The notes under the pieces are model-generated. The model was given only the letters and a program-made list of their open reading frames with translations. It searched no databases and was not told the DNA's origin. Made by a program: the position numbers and the translations under genes. Below, piece by piece: positions 13,201 to 22,404 of a stretch of 64,000 bases of DNA. This stretch comes from Neophaeotheca triangularis. Lineage: Eukaryota. The stretch spans positions 372,001-436,000 of the forward strand of contig BAAIJX010000010.1 in assembly GCA_054600435.1 (NCBI GenBank), in the 5' to 3' direction. Each line of letters opens with the position of its first letter. Positions within the stretch are counted from its first letter, which is position 1.

Positions 13201-13954
13201 CAAGAAAGCAACCCTCCGCTGCCCCCTCGGCCCCCGCTCAGAACCCGCCAAATCCGTCCTCAAAAACGCCATGGCGCTTCGCCGCATGAACAGCGAAATC
13301 GACTGCACAACGCGCAGCTCCAGCCCAGACGAGATCCCGCACCGCGGGCCCAACCGCTACGCCCGCCTCGGTCGCGAACCCAGCCCTCTGCTTCCTTTCA
13401 TCGCGAGCCCTGCTGCCGCCACTCCCAACGACCCCGGCGCCGGCCTCTTCGATTTCGAATTCGGCATCGCGCTCTCCTCTGACGCCGACGCGGGTGCCGA
13501 AGACCAGGACAATGACCGCGAAACCTACGACGACGCCAAAGCGAGCGCGCTGGACGATATCGATCTCGACGCGCTGGAGCGGAGGATTTCCGGCGCCGTG
13601 GCGGGTTTCGACGCCCAGGACGAGCTGCTGCCGACGGTGCCCGAGGAGCGGAGTAGTAGTGTGTGGGAGGATGGGGAGAGGTATTGGGAGTGGCTTGAGC
13701 AGAAGAAGCAGCGGGAGCTGCGGGGCAGTTTTGCTGCTGGGAGTGGTGTTGCTACGCCTACGGGAGAGAAGGGGGAGGCCATGGCTTTTACGCTTGCCGG
13801 GGTGGGGACGTTGGGGGGAAAGGCTGGGTGGGTGCCTTGCACGCCTGCCGAGAAGAGGTTGAGGGACCAGAGCTCGCCGGGTGGTGCGACGCCGAGGAGT
13901 TTATATGATGCGGATGGGTTTTTGAGGGAGGGGTCGGCGGTTAAGAGGAGGTGA
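10241..13954 (+). CDS. Single-pass membrane protein with a very long Ser/Pro-rich tail (~1237 aa), function unknown
   Basis: Intronless 3.7-kb ORF with first ATG at 10241. Hydrophobic segment WAGVGVGAALILAAVVFVLVKIF is followed by QRR; the rest is low-complexity. Confidence 0.85.
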   Translation: MAPTLAEYGGLTDLLDGTLMWRNRNAANQAQAGSGSIRGQQNAGRSIEERDALGIPIGGWAGVGVGAALILAAVVFVLVKIFQRRAEHKRFMAAQDEAQRSQSIPGVAVVEIPRPVSYARQGGLNPLHSQAGWGALSSDENVHNNQPNGKRLSQMFGLGNSSKKRNSIAVPKRVRQKGIPLRRFKHLSRITESPRSRVERSPSPAAHGPDSNVQDTPLSTRTAKALTYSVPEDGDVFVCPGSPKAETVPSFAIGMAKLRQPNAAAPGIAGTKAVRSKSMGTVRGGLPDDAIFGGIAQPDRPSTHARSYSWGAQAMTRPPSGPVPPLPVISPLEGDADSASRQGVCVRRTSSASSHESAGSSVLVSSPILTMRKNKPATSPSVEQLIAEDEGAELKTVDQQHESPVVASSQPVSNVRREAAVRSAMAQYSDDSRASARLSHASTVSSILSSDNRLSIPQVRTADRVSISRVSSTGSLTPSPVVTKFASTPIRKASRPNSTTVSLDGSPAQRKKKKHVLRDISGNAMLAPSRQPSNSTQSSSRSSNGNPFQWDGPMQVCRQPSALKGSPNARKGHRRQNCVRISTLTPQILGPPPSRPTSPGLMDGIEEEGTDGEEVMQQKKSVGFASNTNTKRISRPPSTSEFAPNLNVKTLRASLTPSSPTLSTWTAYHEPNVLPSRPSASTLSVPSPNRGKRHSDQSSVFSIPTFPSPSKATVSKIQTEQPVPEFYLSRPSTDTYYSSDKENLGSSPPAFVERSWHREHQDYIPSSPPLPSHMGNGKEYDPAWPMITIPAPQSSNEYDPASPALYYSSPSQYGSSPPAFHFANAASPESAVSPRSRPVSHVGGEMPDTPPCSPKTMPEGFEDFFQKKRQSVAPVKLVKSPPATTSQPSRDKLTSANASTVMAKLPQSRAGSITSKNGLEAFPGAPVLPPPTNSPPAPPPKSTARAQRAVSISQDQQTHLKPLRDAPQPPLPSPSPSITIPSPLNIAKKATLRCPLGPRSEPAKSVLKNAMALRRMNSEIDCTTRSSSPDEIPHRGPNRYARLGREPSPLLPFIASPAAATPNDPGAGLFDFEFGIALSSDADAGAEDQDNDRETYDDAKASALDDIDLDALERRISGAVAGFDAQDELLPTVPEERSSSVWEDGERYWEWLEQKKQRELRGSFAAGSGVATPTGEKGEAMAFTLAGVGTLGGKAGWVPCTPAEKRLRDQSSPGGATPRSLYDADGFLREGSAVKRR

Positions 13955-14691
13955 GGGAAGGACTGTAATGGTGGGAATGGGAAGGGATTACCTTTGTTTA
14001 CGATTGTTCGATGTCTGTGGTATGTATCTTCGTATGTCCTTGTACTTGTGGTATTCATCACGTCCAGTTGCTTCGCTTCGACGTTCCGTTCACCTCACTG
14101 CTGCCAATACTGTTCGCGCGTAGGCTCCTGCTGACTTTCTTTTCTCTTGACTGGCCAGAAGGCTTCGCCGATAATCGCTGGCTGCGGGCACGGACGACTT
14201 CGACCCCCTTATTCCATCGAGCATGTGAGGAAAGGCTTATCATCATCATTCGTCGGTCGATTTCCTCCAAACTTGGACCGATATCAACATACGCTCTCAT
14301 GTTGCCATTGCATTGGGCTTGGCTAAGTAAAACTGCGAGTGAGACTATACCCCTCCTTCTACCGTGTCTGTCATCGAACGGCGAAATTGGCTGGCCTTCT
14401 ACTCGGCCTAGCTAGGCAAAACGACGCGGCCTGAGTGAAGCGTATTCTCGGAAGTCAAGTTCCCCCCTTGCCTTCGACAACGGGTCTCTTGGGTTCTTGC
14501 GTCTGTTGTGGTTTCGACTGTTCCGCTGCAGCCAGTTGGTGCGAGGCTCTAAGCTCTGGCAAGAGTCGTTCTTTCCAGACAGCGTAGAGATTTTCAGCAC
14601 TCATCGGCAAGTCTCTTCCAGTGACCATCAAGTACGCAGGTGCCTGTCGAACACATTGATCAAGCCAGTCCTTCAACTTGAACGCCTCCCT

Positions 14692-15660
14692 TCAACCCCA
14701 AACCACCACCTCTCCATCCATACCAGCACTAGCCCATTGCCCAGTAACAGCATTCCAAGCAACGGCACTGACAGCCTTCCTCTTGGGGTTCCCACCCTCC
14801 TGCCAATGCTTAACCCTACCCAAAAGCTCCCCAGTCTCCACCTCCCAGAAAAACACACTCCCTTCCTCACTCCCACAAACCGCCACCCGGTCTCCAACGG
14901 CCAGCGCAGCGCGAATCCTATAATTCTTAACCACAAACTCCGGATGTGTAAAAGTCCGCAAACACTCCCCCGTCCTACGGTCCATAACCCTCACCGTACT
15001 ATCCAAAGTCACAACCAAATAGCTCTCACCGTCACCGGCAGGCACCACACAACAAACACCCACACTCCTCTCCCCAGCCACAACATCCACACTCACCTCT
15101 CCCGTCCCCACATCATAAATCCTCACACACCCGTCCGCGCTACCGACAAAAACCTCCCTCCCCCCCTCCGGCACAACAACACAGAGCACACTATCCCTCG
15201 CCTCGCGCCACTCGAGCACAGGCGTCCACTTTCCCGCATTCGCGCGATCGAACCCCAGCACCCTCCCATCCAACCCTCCAGCCAAAACAACCCCATCCCC
15301 TTCCGCAGCAAAAGTCACAGAATTCACGCCCTTGGTGAAAACCTGCAATCGCCTGAGACACTCCTCGCTCCTCACATCCCACAGCGTCACACTCCTGTCG
15401 TCGCCGACGCAAGCAATCGTGTCGTTGGTGCCGTTGATGGCGAGATCGAGGACCGGGTAGCCTGGCGTCAGCGTCGAGATGTGTTGGCGGTTTTGCTGCG
15501 AGGCGCGGCTGGAGGGCCGCCAGAGCCGGATGGTGCGGTCCTCGCTGCCTGTTAGCAGGTAGGTTGCGTCTTTTGCTGACCAGGAGAGGGCGTGGATGGC
15601 GGCTTTGTGGCCGGTGAGGCGGGTTTGCGGGGTAGTGGGGAATTTGGGGGGTGATGCCAT
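14692..15660 (-). CDS. WD40-repeat protein, WDR83/MORG1-like
   Basis: ATG at 15660 (MASPPKFP). WD repeats GH..TGSEDRTIRLW and GDDRSVTLWDV, plus GSADGCVRIYD and NYRIRA, are typical of WDR83. Confidence 0.8.
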   Translation of the reverse strand: MASPPKFPTTPQTRLTGHKAAIHALSWSAKDATYLLTGSEDRTIRLWRPSSRASQQNRQHISTLTPGYPVLDLAINGTNDTIACVGDDRSVTLWDVRSEECLRRLQVFTKGVNSVTFAAEGDGVVLAGGLDGRVLGFDRANAGKWTPVLEWREARDSVLCVVVPEGGREVFVGSADGCVRIYDVGTGEVSVDVVAGERSVGVCCVVPAGDGESYLVVTLDSTVRVMDRRTGECLRTFTHPEFVVKNYRIRAALAVGDRVAVCGSEEGSVFFWEVETGELLGRVKHWQEGGNPKRKAVSAVAWNAVTGQWASAGMDGEVVVWG

Positions 15661-16589
15661 TGTGAAATGAGGGTTTTTAGGGGCTTTGGGTGTTTGGGTT
15701 TGGTGGTGGGTTCGAATTGAGGTTTCGTTTCGTGGCAAGGCCGGGGGTTGTTCGTTTTGTTGGTCGATAGAGTGCTTGCAGGTTCAGAAATACTCCGAGT
15801 TCCACGTGGGAGATGAGGTTCAAGTAACCTGAGTTCTTCCAGAGGGTTGACCTGATCCTGAGTATCTATCACTCCGTGGTTCAGGGAAGATATCTAAAGC
15901 ACAAGATTGTAAAGCTCCAGAAATTTGCGTGGAGTGCTTCCAAGACGCTCTTCTCGAAGATATGATGCAACTGAGTGACAACAAGAGCTGTCGAGATATA
16001 ACTAGGGATAGCCGTGTTACGGTGAATCTACCGCTCAACACAGCTGCTCCGCCGTTCATTCCTCTCCACGCAAGGCTTATACTTTTCATACCAAGGTGAA
16101 GTTGCACACCCTCAACCCTGACCCTGAAGCTCAACATCTCCGCACTCGAGCAACAGCAACCCCCTGATCGAACCCTGGGCAAGTCAACGAAACGCGTATC
16201 ATCGCTCGCACGAGGAAAACCGAAGCCATCAAGTCGAATGAAAGAGACAATATTACGCTTTTCAGAGCTATACTAAAACTACGTCCACATCCAAACCAGT
16301 CTTTGTTCCCTGAAAGTACAGAGGAAAGAGAGACCTCAAGTATTGTTATTGGTAAAGCACAACGGACTTTGGTATCTTGCTGTCAAAGCATTACTCCCTC
16401 CCCTTCCAGTTCCTTCTCGCCCACGCGAGATCTTGACAGGGTAATGGCTCCTCGGTTCCATTATTATAACAGCCGGAGCAGGGCACAGCAGCCTGCAATG
16501 TTTGCTGACAACGTCTGCGCAGCACGCGCTCATTGGCCATTCGCTGCGGACCTTTTCGAGACCTTCGATCTGGCTCTCAAGCCTCCACT

Positions 16590-18090
16590 TTAACGCCTCC
16601 CGGTCCTGTTCATGCTTCCCTGCAAGCCCTCAACCTCGCTCTCCAACTGTTTGATAACGGCATGGCTGCTCTCCAAATCCTTGTTAAGCCGATCCCTCTC
16701 GGAAATCAGCTTCTGCTCCCACTGCCTGAACCGCTGCTCCTCAACCTTGACCTGCTCGGTAAAGCGCTTCCGGAGAGCCTCTTCTTCCTCTTTGAACTTG
16801 GGGTTGTCAAGCTTCCTCGGACGTGCCTCGCCGAACTTGCGCGTCTCCATTTGCTGCGCGCGGTAGGCTTCGTAGTGCGTTTCTTCCGTCGTGTGGATCA
16901 AATCGAGCATATGCGTGCGGATGAGAATGGCGCGGAGCTTTTTGAAGTCGCAGTGCTCTTCGTTTTCCACTTCGGCCACGCCCCAGGCGTATTGGCGGCC
17001 TTTGACTGTGCGGTTGTCGGGAGTGGTCACGTCGCGCTCTGAGCCGATGACGCTGAATGGCATGGCATTGATGAGGCTACGTGCGTGTTGGAGGCCGGGC
17101 TCGTCGTCTTCTTCGAGAGGTGGGGTGTAGATCTTGATGCCTTGAGCTTCAATAACGGCGCGGATCTGAATGGGATGTTAGTTGTCTTTGCGCCAATCGA
17201 ATAGTACGGCGGTTCGCCTGACATACGCGTTGCTTGAATTTGTTCAGATCACCGGGGCTCAGAGTGTCGGCCTTCGCAACAACAGGAATGAGGTTGACGC
17301 GGGTGCAGAGGCGCTTCATGACTTCGATATCGAGCGGCTTAAGGGTGTGACCGGTGGGACGAATGAAGTAGAGACAAGCGTGAACACGAAGGTCGATCTT
17401 TTCCGTGCGCTTTGGCTGTTGCTCTTGGAGCATGTAGCTCTCGTGTTGGTCATCTAGGAACTCGATGATCGGCTGCCAGGAGTCGCGGTTGTTGACGTAG
17501 TCGCCGAAGCCAGGGGTATCAATGACAGTAAGGCGGACTAAACAATAAACGTCAGTGCCCAGGGGTCTTATCTCCTGTTGCCGCTTCAATGCTTACCCTT
17601 GAAGAACTTCTCCTCGAGCTCGGCCTTTGTGATCTCAATTTCGACCGTCTTATCAACCTGTTTGGCGTGACGGCGGCGGTGGTCGGCGTAGTTTTTGATG
17701 GTAGTGGAGAAAAGGGTGTTGATGAAGGTAGTCTTGCCCAAGCCAGACTCGCCTGCCACCATGACAGTGAAGGCGGCGCCGCGCTTGGCTACGATCTTGT
17801 GACGCTGGTTGGGGAGCTGTACTAGCGGTCAGCATGTCGTGTTCATATCCATGGGTCTATCGGCGAGTGTCTGTAGGACGTACATTGGCAATGCCAATCG
17901 GCGACAATGACTCGGCCATGGCTGGGGTGTAGCTCTGTTGTGGTTGAGAGACTGGAGGTGGTGCACTTCGAACCGGAGACTGCGCTGGAGAGGAGGAATA
18001 ACCCTCGAAGTTGCCCGTGACGTGCTGCTCTTCCTCGACAGGGGAGACTTCGCTGTCTGTATCGTAGTTCACATTAGTATCCTCTGCCAT
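16590..18090 (-). CDS. CDC12: Septin Cdc12/AspC
   Basis: Exons 18090(or 17919)-17884, 17816-17597, 17537-17227 and 17165-16590. Motifs: IGIANLPNQRHKIVAKRG, GESGLGKT, DTPGFGD, AKAD, GRQYAWG, HCDF, and a C-terminal coiled coil. Confidence 0.93.
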
Positions 18091-18254
18091 TGCTGCATTA
18101 GAGGAGTCGAGAAAGTCTGTTGGTGGTGAATGCGTGTTCCACGTGTGCCGTACGGGGCAAAACGTACCGACTCGAGTAAGCTTGCAGCGTTGTGGTAGGG
18201 GTGAAGTGAGAGTCCCGTGTCGGTGTAGGGAGCAACACAAGGAGGACGAAAAGG

Positions 18255-18283
18255 CGGTGGTGGTGGTGGTGGTGGTGGTGGTG
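18255..18283. repeat. (GGT)n microsatellite in the CDC12/PWP2 divergent intergenic region
   Basis: About 9 GGT units seen directly. Confidence 0.85.
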
Positions 18284-18595
18284 AACGAAAGGGCAACGAC
18301 TCAGTCTGTCGCAGGCGCAATGGGGAGGGGACACGGAGATGGAAGTTGAGCGCGGTCTGGGCGCGCTCAGGGTGCTCCCGTCAGCTATTGGAAAGGGGAC
18401 TGACCGATGTGACCGATGCAGCTAGCTTCCGTCCGGCTCAAAGTTGCCGAACCCAAAGTGTGGGGAGGCTCTCTGGAAGGTTTGCCGGCGATATATTTTC
18501 TGAATCGATAAGATTGGAGAGAGCAAAATATCCCGCCTGATAAACTCGTCTTGTTTCTTCGTTCGGTGCACAGAAGGTGCAGAAAGCTCGCGAGC

Positions 18596-21325
18596 ATGAA
18601 GACGGATTTCAAGGCAAGTTTCTGCTTGTCCAATGTGGCACAGTCATGGTCAGCTGACAGGAAGCAGTTCAACAACCTTTTGGGTACCGTCTATCGCAAA
18701 GGAAACCTCGTCTACACCCCCGATGGGACATGCCTCCTCTCGCCAGTGGGCAATCGCGTTACTGTTTTCGATTTGGTCAACAACACCTCTTTCACGCTAC
18801 CCTTTGCCCACAGAGTGAACATTGCCCGCTTAGCTCTACATCCAAACGGACAACTCCTACTCAGTGTCGATGAATCTGGCCATGCTATCCTGAGCCATTA
18901 CGCGAGAAGAATAGCGCTATATCGCTTCTCTTTGAAAGGGACACCGACTTCTCTGGTATTTGCGCCAACGGGTACGCACTTTGCTGTAGCTCTTGGGAGA
19001 AAAATCGAGGTTTGGAAGACACCAGAGACACCGGGGTCAACTACGGACGTAGGGGAGGAGGCAGGACTTGAGTTTGCTCCTTTCGTGAAGCATAGGGAGT
19101 ACGTGAAGCATCACGATACAGTGCAAAACATTGAGTGGAGTAGCGATGGACGGTTCTTTCTATCTGCCGGAAAGGACTTGACCGCACGAATATGGAGCTT
19201 GGATCCAGAGGCGGGATTCGAGCCTACAACACTGGCGGGACACCGAACGGCCGTGTACGCGGCATGGTTCAGCAGAGATCAAGAGACAATCTACACCATC
19301 TCCAAGGACGGCGCACTGTTTCAGTGGCAGTATCTTCCTCCACCCGATGCCGATCCAGAAAACATTAGCGAAGAAGACGAACGCTGGCGCATCAGTGCAC
19401 GACACTACTTTTACCAAGACCAGGCCCACCTCACTACAGCTGCCTTTCATGCGCCTACTAACCTCCTCGTGACTGGATTCAGCAATGGCCTCTTCATGCT
19501 TCATGAATTACCCGACTTCAGCGAGATTCACAAGCTTTCCATCTCAGCCTCGAACATCGACACCGTATCCGTCAACAAATCAGGCGAATGGCTTGCTTTC
19601 GGCTCTTCAGCGCTCGGTCAATTGCTAGTTTGGGAATGGCAGAGCGAGTCTTATATCCTCAAGCAACAAGGGCATTTCGACAGTATGAATGCCATCACTT
19701 ACACCCCTAGCGGCGATCGCATCATCACTTGTGCTGATGACGGGAAGATCAAAGTCTGGGACACTGCTTCGGGGTTCTGTATAGTTACATTTACAGAGCA
19801 TACCTCAGGGGTGACGGCTTGCGAGTTCGCTCGCAGAGGCAATGTTCTGTTCACAGCCAGTCTTGACGGAAGCGTCCGGGCATTCGATCTGATCCGTTAC
19901 CGCTGCTTCCGAACTTTTACCGCCCCAAAGCGGCTCAGCTTCAGCTCCATTGCCGTTGATCCATCTGGCGAAGTCGTGGCAGCTGGTAGCTTGGACGACT
20001 TTGATATCCATCTGTGGAGCGTGCAGACCGGTCAGCTACTTGATCAGCTTGCAGGTCACGAAGGGCCCGTCTCAACCCTTGCCTTCGCTCCCAACGGAGG
20101 CAACCTCGTATCCGGATCTTGGGACAGAACGGTCCGCATTTGGTCGGTCTTTGCGCGTACACAAACAAGCGAGCCCCTTCAGCTTCAAGCCGACGTCCTT
20201 TGCGTCTCAGTTCGGCCAGACAGCCGCCAAGCAGCCATCAGCACCCTCGATGGCCAATTAACCTTCTGGTCACTCTCCGAAGGCACTCAAGAAACCGGCC
20301 TAGACGGACGCCGCGACATCTCCGGTGGCCGCAACACTACAGACAGACGCACAGCCGCCAACGCCGCTGGCTCCAAAGCTTTTAACACTGTCACCTACTC
20401 CGCCGACGGCAGCGTCGTCCTCGCAGCCGGCCGCAGCAAATACATCTGCCTCTACGCGGTCGAAACAGGAGTGCTGCTAAACAAGTACACCGTCTCGGTC
20501 AATCTGTCCCTCGAAAACACACAGGAATTCCTCAACTCGCGCCTCCTAACCGAAGCCGGCCCTCGCGGTCTCCTTGATGAAGCAGGCGAAGCCTCAGACC
20601 TGGAAGATCGCATCGACCGCACCCTACCGGGCTCCAAACGCGGCGATGCCGCCCAGCGCAAACAAAACCCCGAAGTGCGAGTCCCAGGCGTAGCTTTCAG
20701 CCCCACTGGCCGCGGTTTCTGCGCCGCCAGCACCGAAGGATTGCTGCTGTACAGTCTGGACAGCGGCATCACCTTCGACCCTTTCGATCTCGACGTCGAC
20801 GTCACGCCGCAAACCACTCTGGCGGCTCTCAAAAAGGCCGAGTACCTCAAAGCGCTGGTCATGTCATTTCGCTTGTCCGCGCCAAAGCTCACTACGCACA
20901 TCTACCGCCACATACCCGTCACTGAGATCGGGCTCGTCTCCCGTGACCTGCCCGTCGTGTACCTCGCGCGCTTTTTGCGGCTCGTAGCTGCCGAAGCGGA
21001 CGCAAGTCCTAATCTCGAGCGCAACATGCTTTGGCTCAAGTCGCTGTTGACTGTGCATGGCAGAGTGTTGAAGCAGCGGCAAGCAGAGTTTGCTGAGGTT
21101 GTGCGGTTGGTTGTTAGGGCGGTGCAGAGGGTGAGGGGTGAGGTTTTCAAGGTTGCTGAGGGGAATGAGCGAACAGTGGCGTTTTTGCTTGCGCAGCAGG
21201 GGGGACAGAAGCGGCTGGGTGAGACGGATGTGGGGGTTAAGAGGATTATGGGGGCGGAAGACAGCGTGGATGGCGATGGCGATGAGAGTATGGGGGATGA
21301 GGGGGATTTTGTTGGGTTTGATTGA
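18596..21325 (+). CDS. PWP2: Periodic tryptophan protein 2 (Utp1), SSU processome WD40 protein
   Basis: MKTDFK|FNNLLGTVYRKGNL after removing a GC-AG intron at 18614-18667. Also LLSPVGNRV, QLLVWEWQSESYILKQQGH, FDPFDLD and a Utp12-like C-terminus. Confidence 0.96.
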   Translation: MKTDFKASFCLSNVAQSWSADRKQFNNLLGTVYRKGNLVYTPDGTCLLSPVGNRVTVFDLVNNTSFTLPFAHRVNIARLALHPNGQLLLSVDESGHAILSHYARRIALYRFSLKGTPTSLVFAPTGTHFAVALGRKIEVWKTPETPGSTTDVGEEAGLEFAPFVKHREYVKHHDTVQNIEWSSDGRFFLSAGKDLTARIWSLDPEAGFEPTTLAGHRTAVYAAWFSRDQETIYTISKDGALFQWQYLPPPDADPENISEEDERWRISARHYFYQDQAHLTTAAFHAPTNLLVTGFSNGLFMLHELPDFSEIHKLSISASNIDTVSVNKSGEWLAFGSSALGQLLVWEWQSESYILKQQGHFDSMNAITYTPSGDRIITCADDGKIKVWDTASGFCIVTFTEHTSGVTACEFARRGNVLFTASLDGSVRAFDLIRYRCFRTFTAPKRLSFSSIAVDPSGEVVAAGSLDDFDIHLWSVQTGQLLDQLAGHEGPVSTLAFAPNGGNLVSGSWDRTVRIWSVFARTQTSEPLQLQADVLCVSVRPDSRQAAISTLDGQLTFWSLSEGTQETGLDGRRDISGGRNTTDRRTAANAAGSKAFNTVTYSADGSVVLAAGRSKYICLYAVETGVLLNKYTVSVNLSLENTQEFLNSRLLTEAGPRGLLDEAGEASDLEDRIDRTLPGSKRGDAAQRKQNPEVRVPGVAFSPTGRGFCAASTEGLLLYSLDSGITFDPFDLDVDVTPQTTLAALKKAEYLKALVMSFRLSAPKLTTHIYRHIPVTEIGLVSRDLPVVYLARFLRLVAAEADASPNLERNMLWLKSLLTVHGRVLKQRQAEFAEVVRLVVRAVQRVRGEVFKVAEGNERTVAFLLAQQGGQKRLGETDVGVKRIMGAEDSVDGDGDESMGDEGDFVGFD

Positions 21326-21797
21326 AGATCTTCTGCAGGTGAGGGAGGGCGGTCTTAGTAGATTGTGATACCCTTGGTTGATTGTGTTGTATAGTATTAG
21401 TTCCCTCCATGTTCAGATGTTTTTCATCTAAATGTCTCTGCCTAGTTGGTTGACTGATAGTGTTCTCGAGCTGGCAAGTTCCTGTAGCGCTCGAAACAAG
21501 CTAGGTACCTTCTTAAAAACGAAACCCGGTGCTGTGGTAGCTAGATCCAACTTCTGCAGCCATGGACTAGCGAGCTTTACAATCAGCCAGTGAGAGCTTT
21601 GTACCCCGGCCTAGCAATCTCCTTATGGTAAAGCGTGGATTCTTCCCGAATCGCATCCATCCATCATTGCCCTGCGTTTCGCTGCGGGTTTGCGATTTTC
21701 ACGACTTCACTACCTCCAGCGGCCTTACTACCCACACGCAGGACCTCAAGGACCCCCAGAATAAAACAATCCAGGGACTCTCATCCTCCTTGAAAAC

Positions 21798-22404
21798 ATG
21801 GCACTACCAGGAATGGGCGGCATGGGCATGCCCGGCGGCCAGCAAGCCCTCGACCCCCAGCAGGCACAAGAGCAAATGATGGTGAAATACGTACGACTCT
21901 CGGTTTCCCCTCCAAGACCGCCCACGCCAACTAACCTTTTGCCCTTTATAGATGCAAGCAGCAATGGAATCCTGCCCGGCCAAAACCGTCATCGCAGGCG
22001 GCATGGGCTTCGGCCTCGGCGGCATGTTCGGCATCTTCATGTCCTCGATGCGCTACGACACGCCCATGTCCGGGCAATCCGCGGCTATGCAATCGATCCC
22101 CATGCGCGAGCAATTGAAAACCGGGTTCAGGGATATGGGCCGCTCGAGCTGGAGCAGCGCGAAGAATTTCGGATACATTGGGGCGCTGTTCGCGGGCACC
22201 GAGTGCTGTATTGAGGGTTTTAGGGCGAAGAATGAGCTCAGTAATGGTGTCATGGCGGGTTGTTTGACCGGTGGGTTTCTGTCCAGGAATGCCGGACCGC
22301 AGGCGGCGGCGCTGGGGTGTGCGGGTTTCGCGGCCTTTTCCGGGGCGATTGATTATTATATGCGGTTGCCGAGTGATGATTCGGCTAGCGATCCGATCAT
22401 ATGA
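21798..22404 (+). CDS. TIM22: Mitochondrial inner membrane translocase subunit Tim22
   Basis: Exons 21798-21890 and 21952-22404 (GTACGA..CTAAC..TAG intron). Motifs: [36 protein letters not shown]. Confidence 0.95.

Noticed and set aside
14497..15555. 352-aa plus-strand ORF
   Set aside because: Antisense shadow of the WDR83 gene, explained by its G-rich codon bias.
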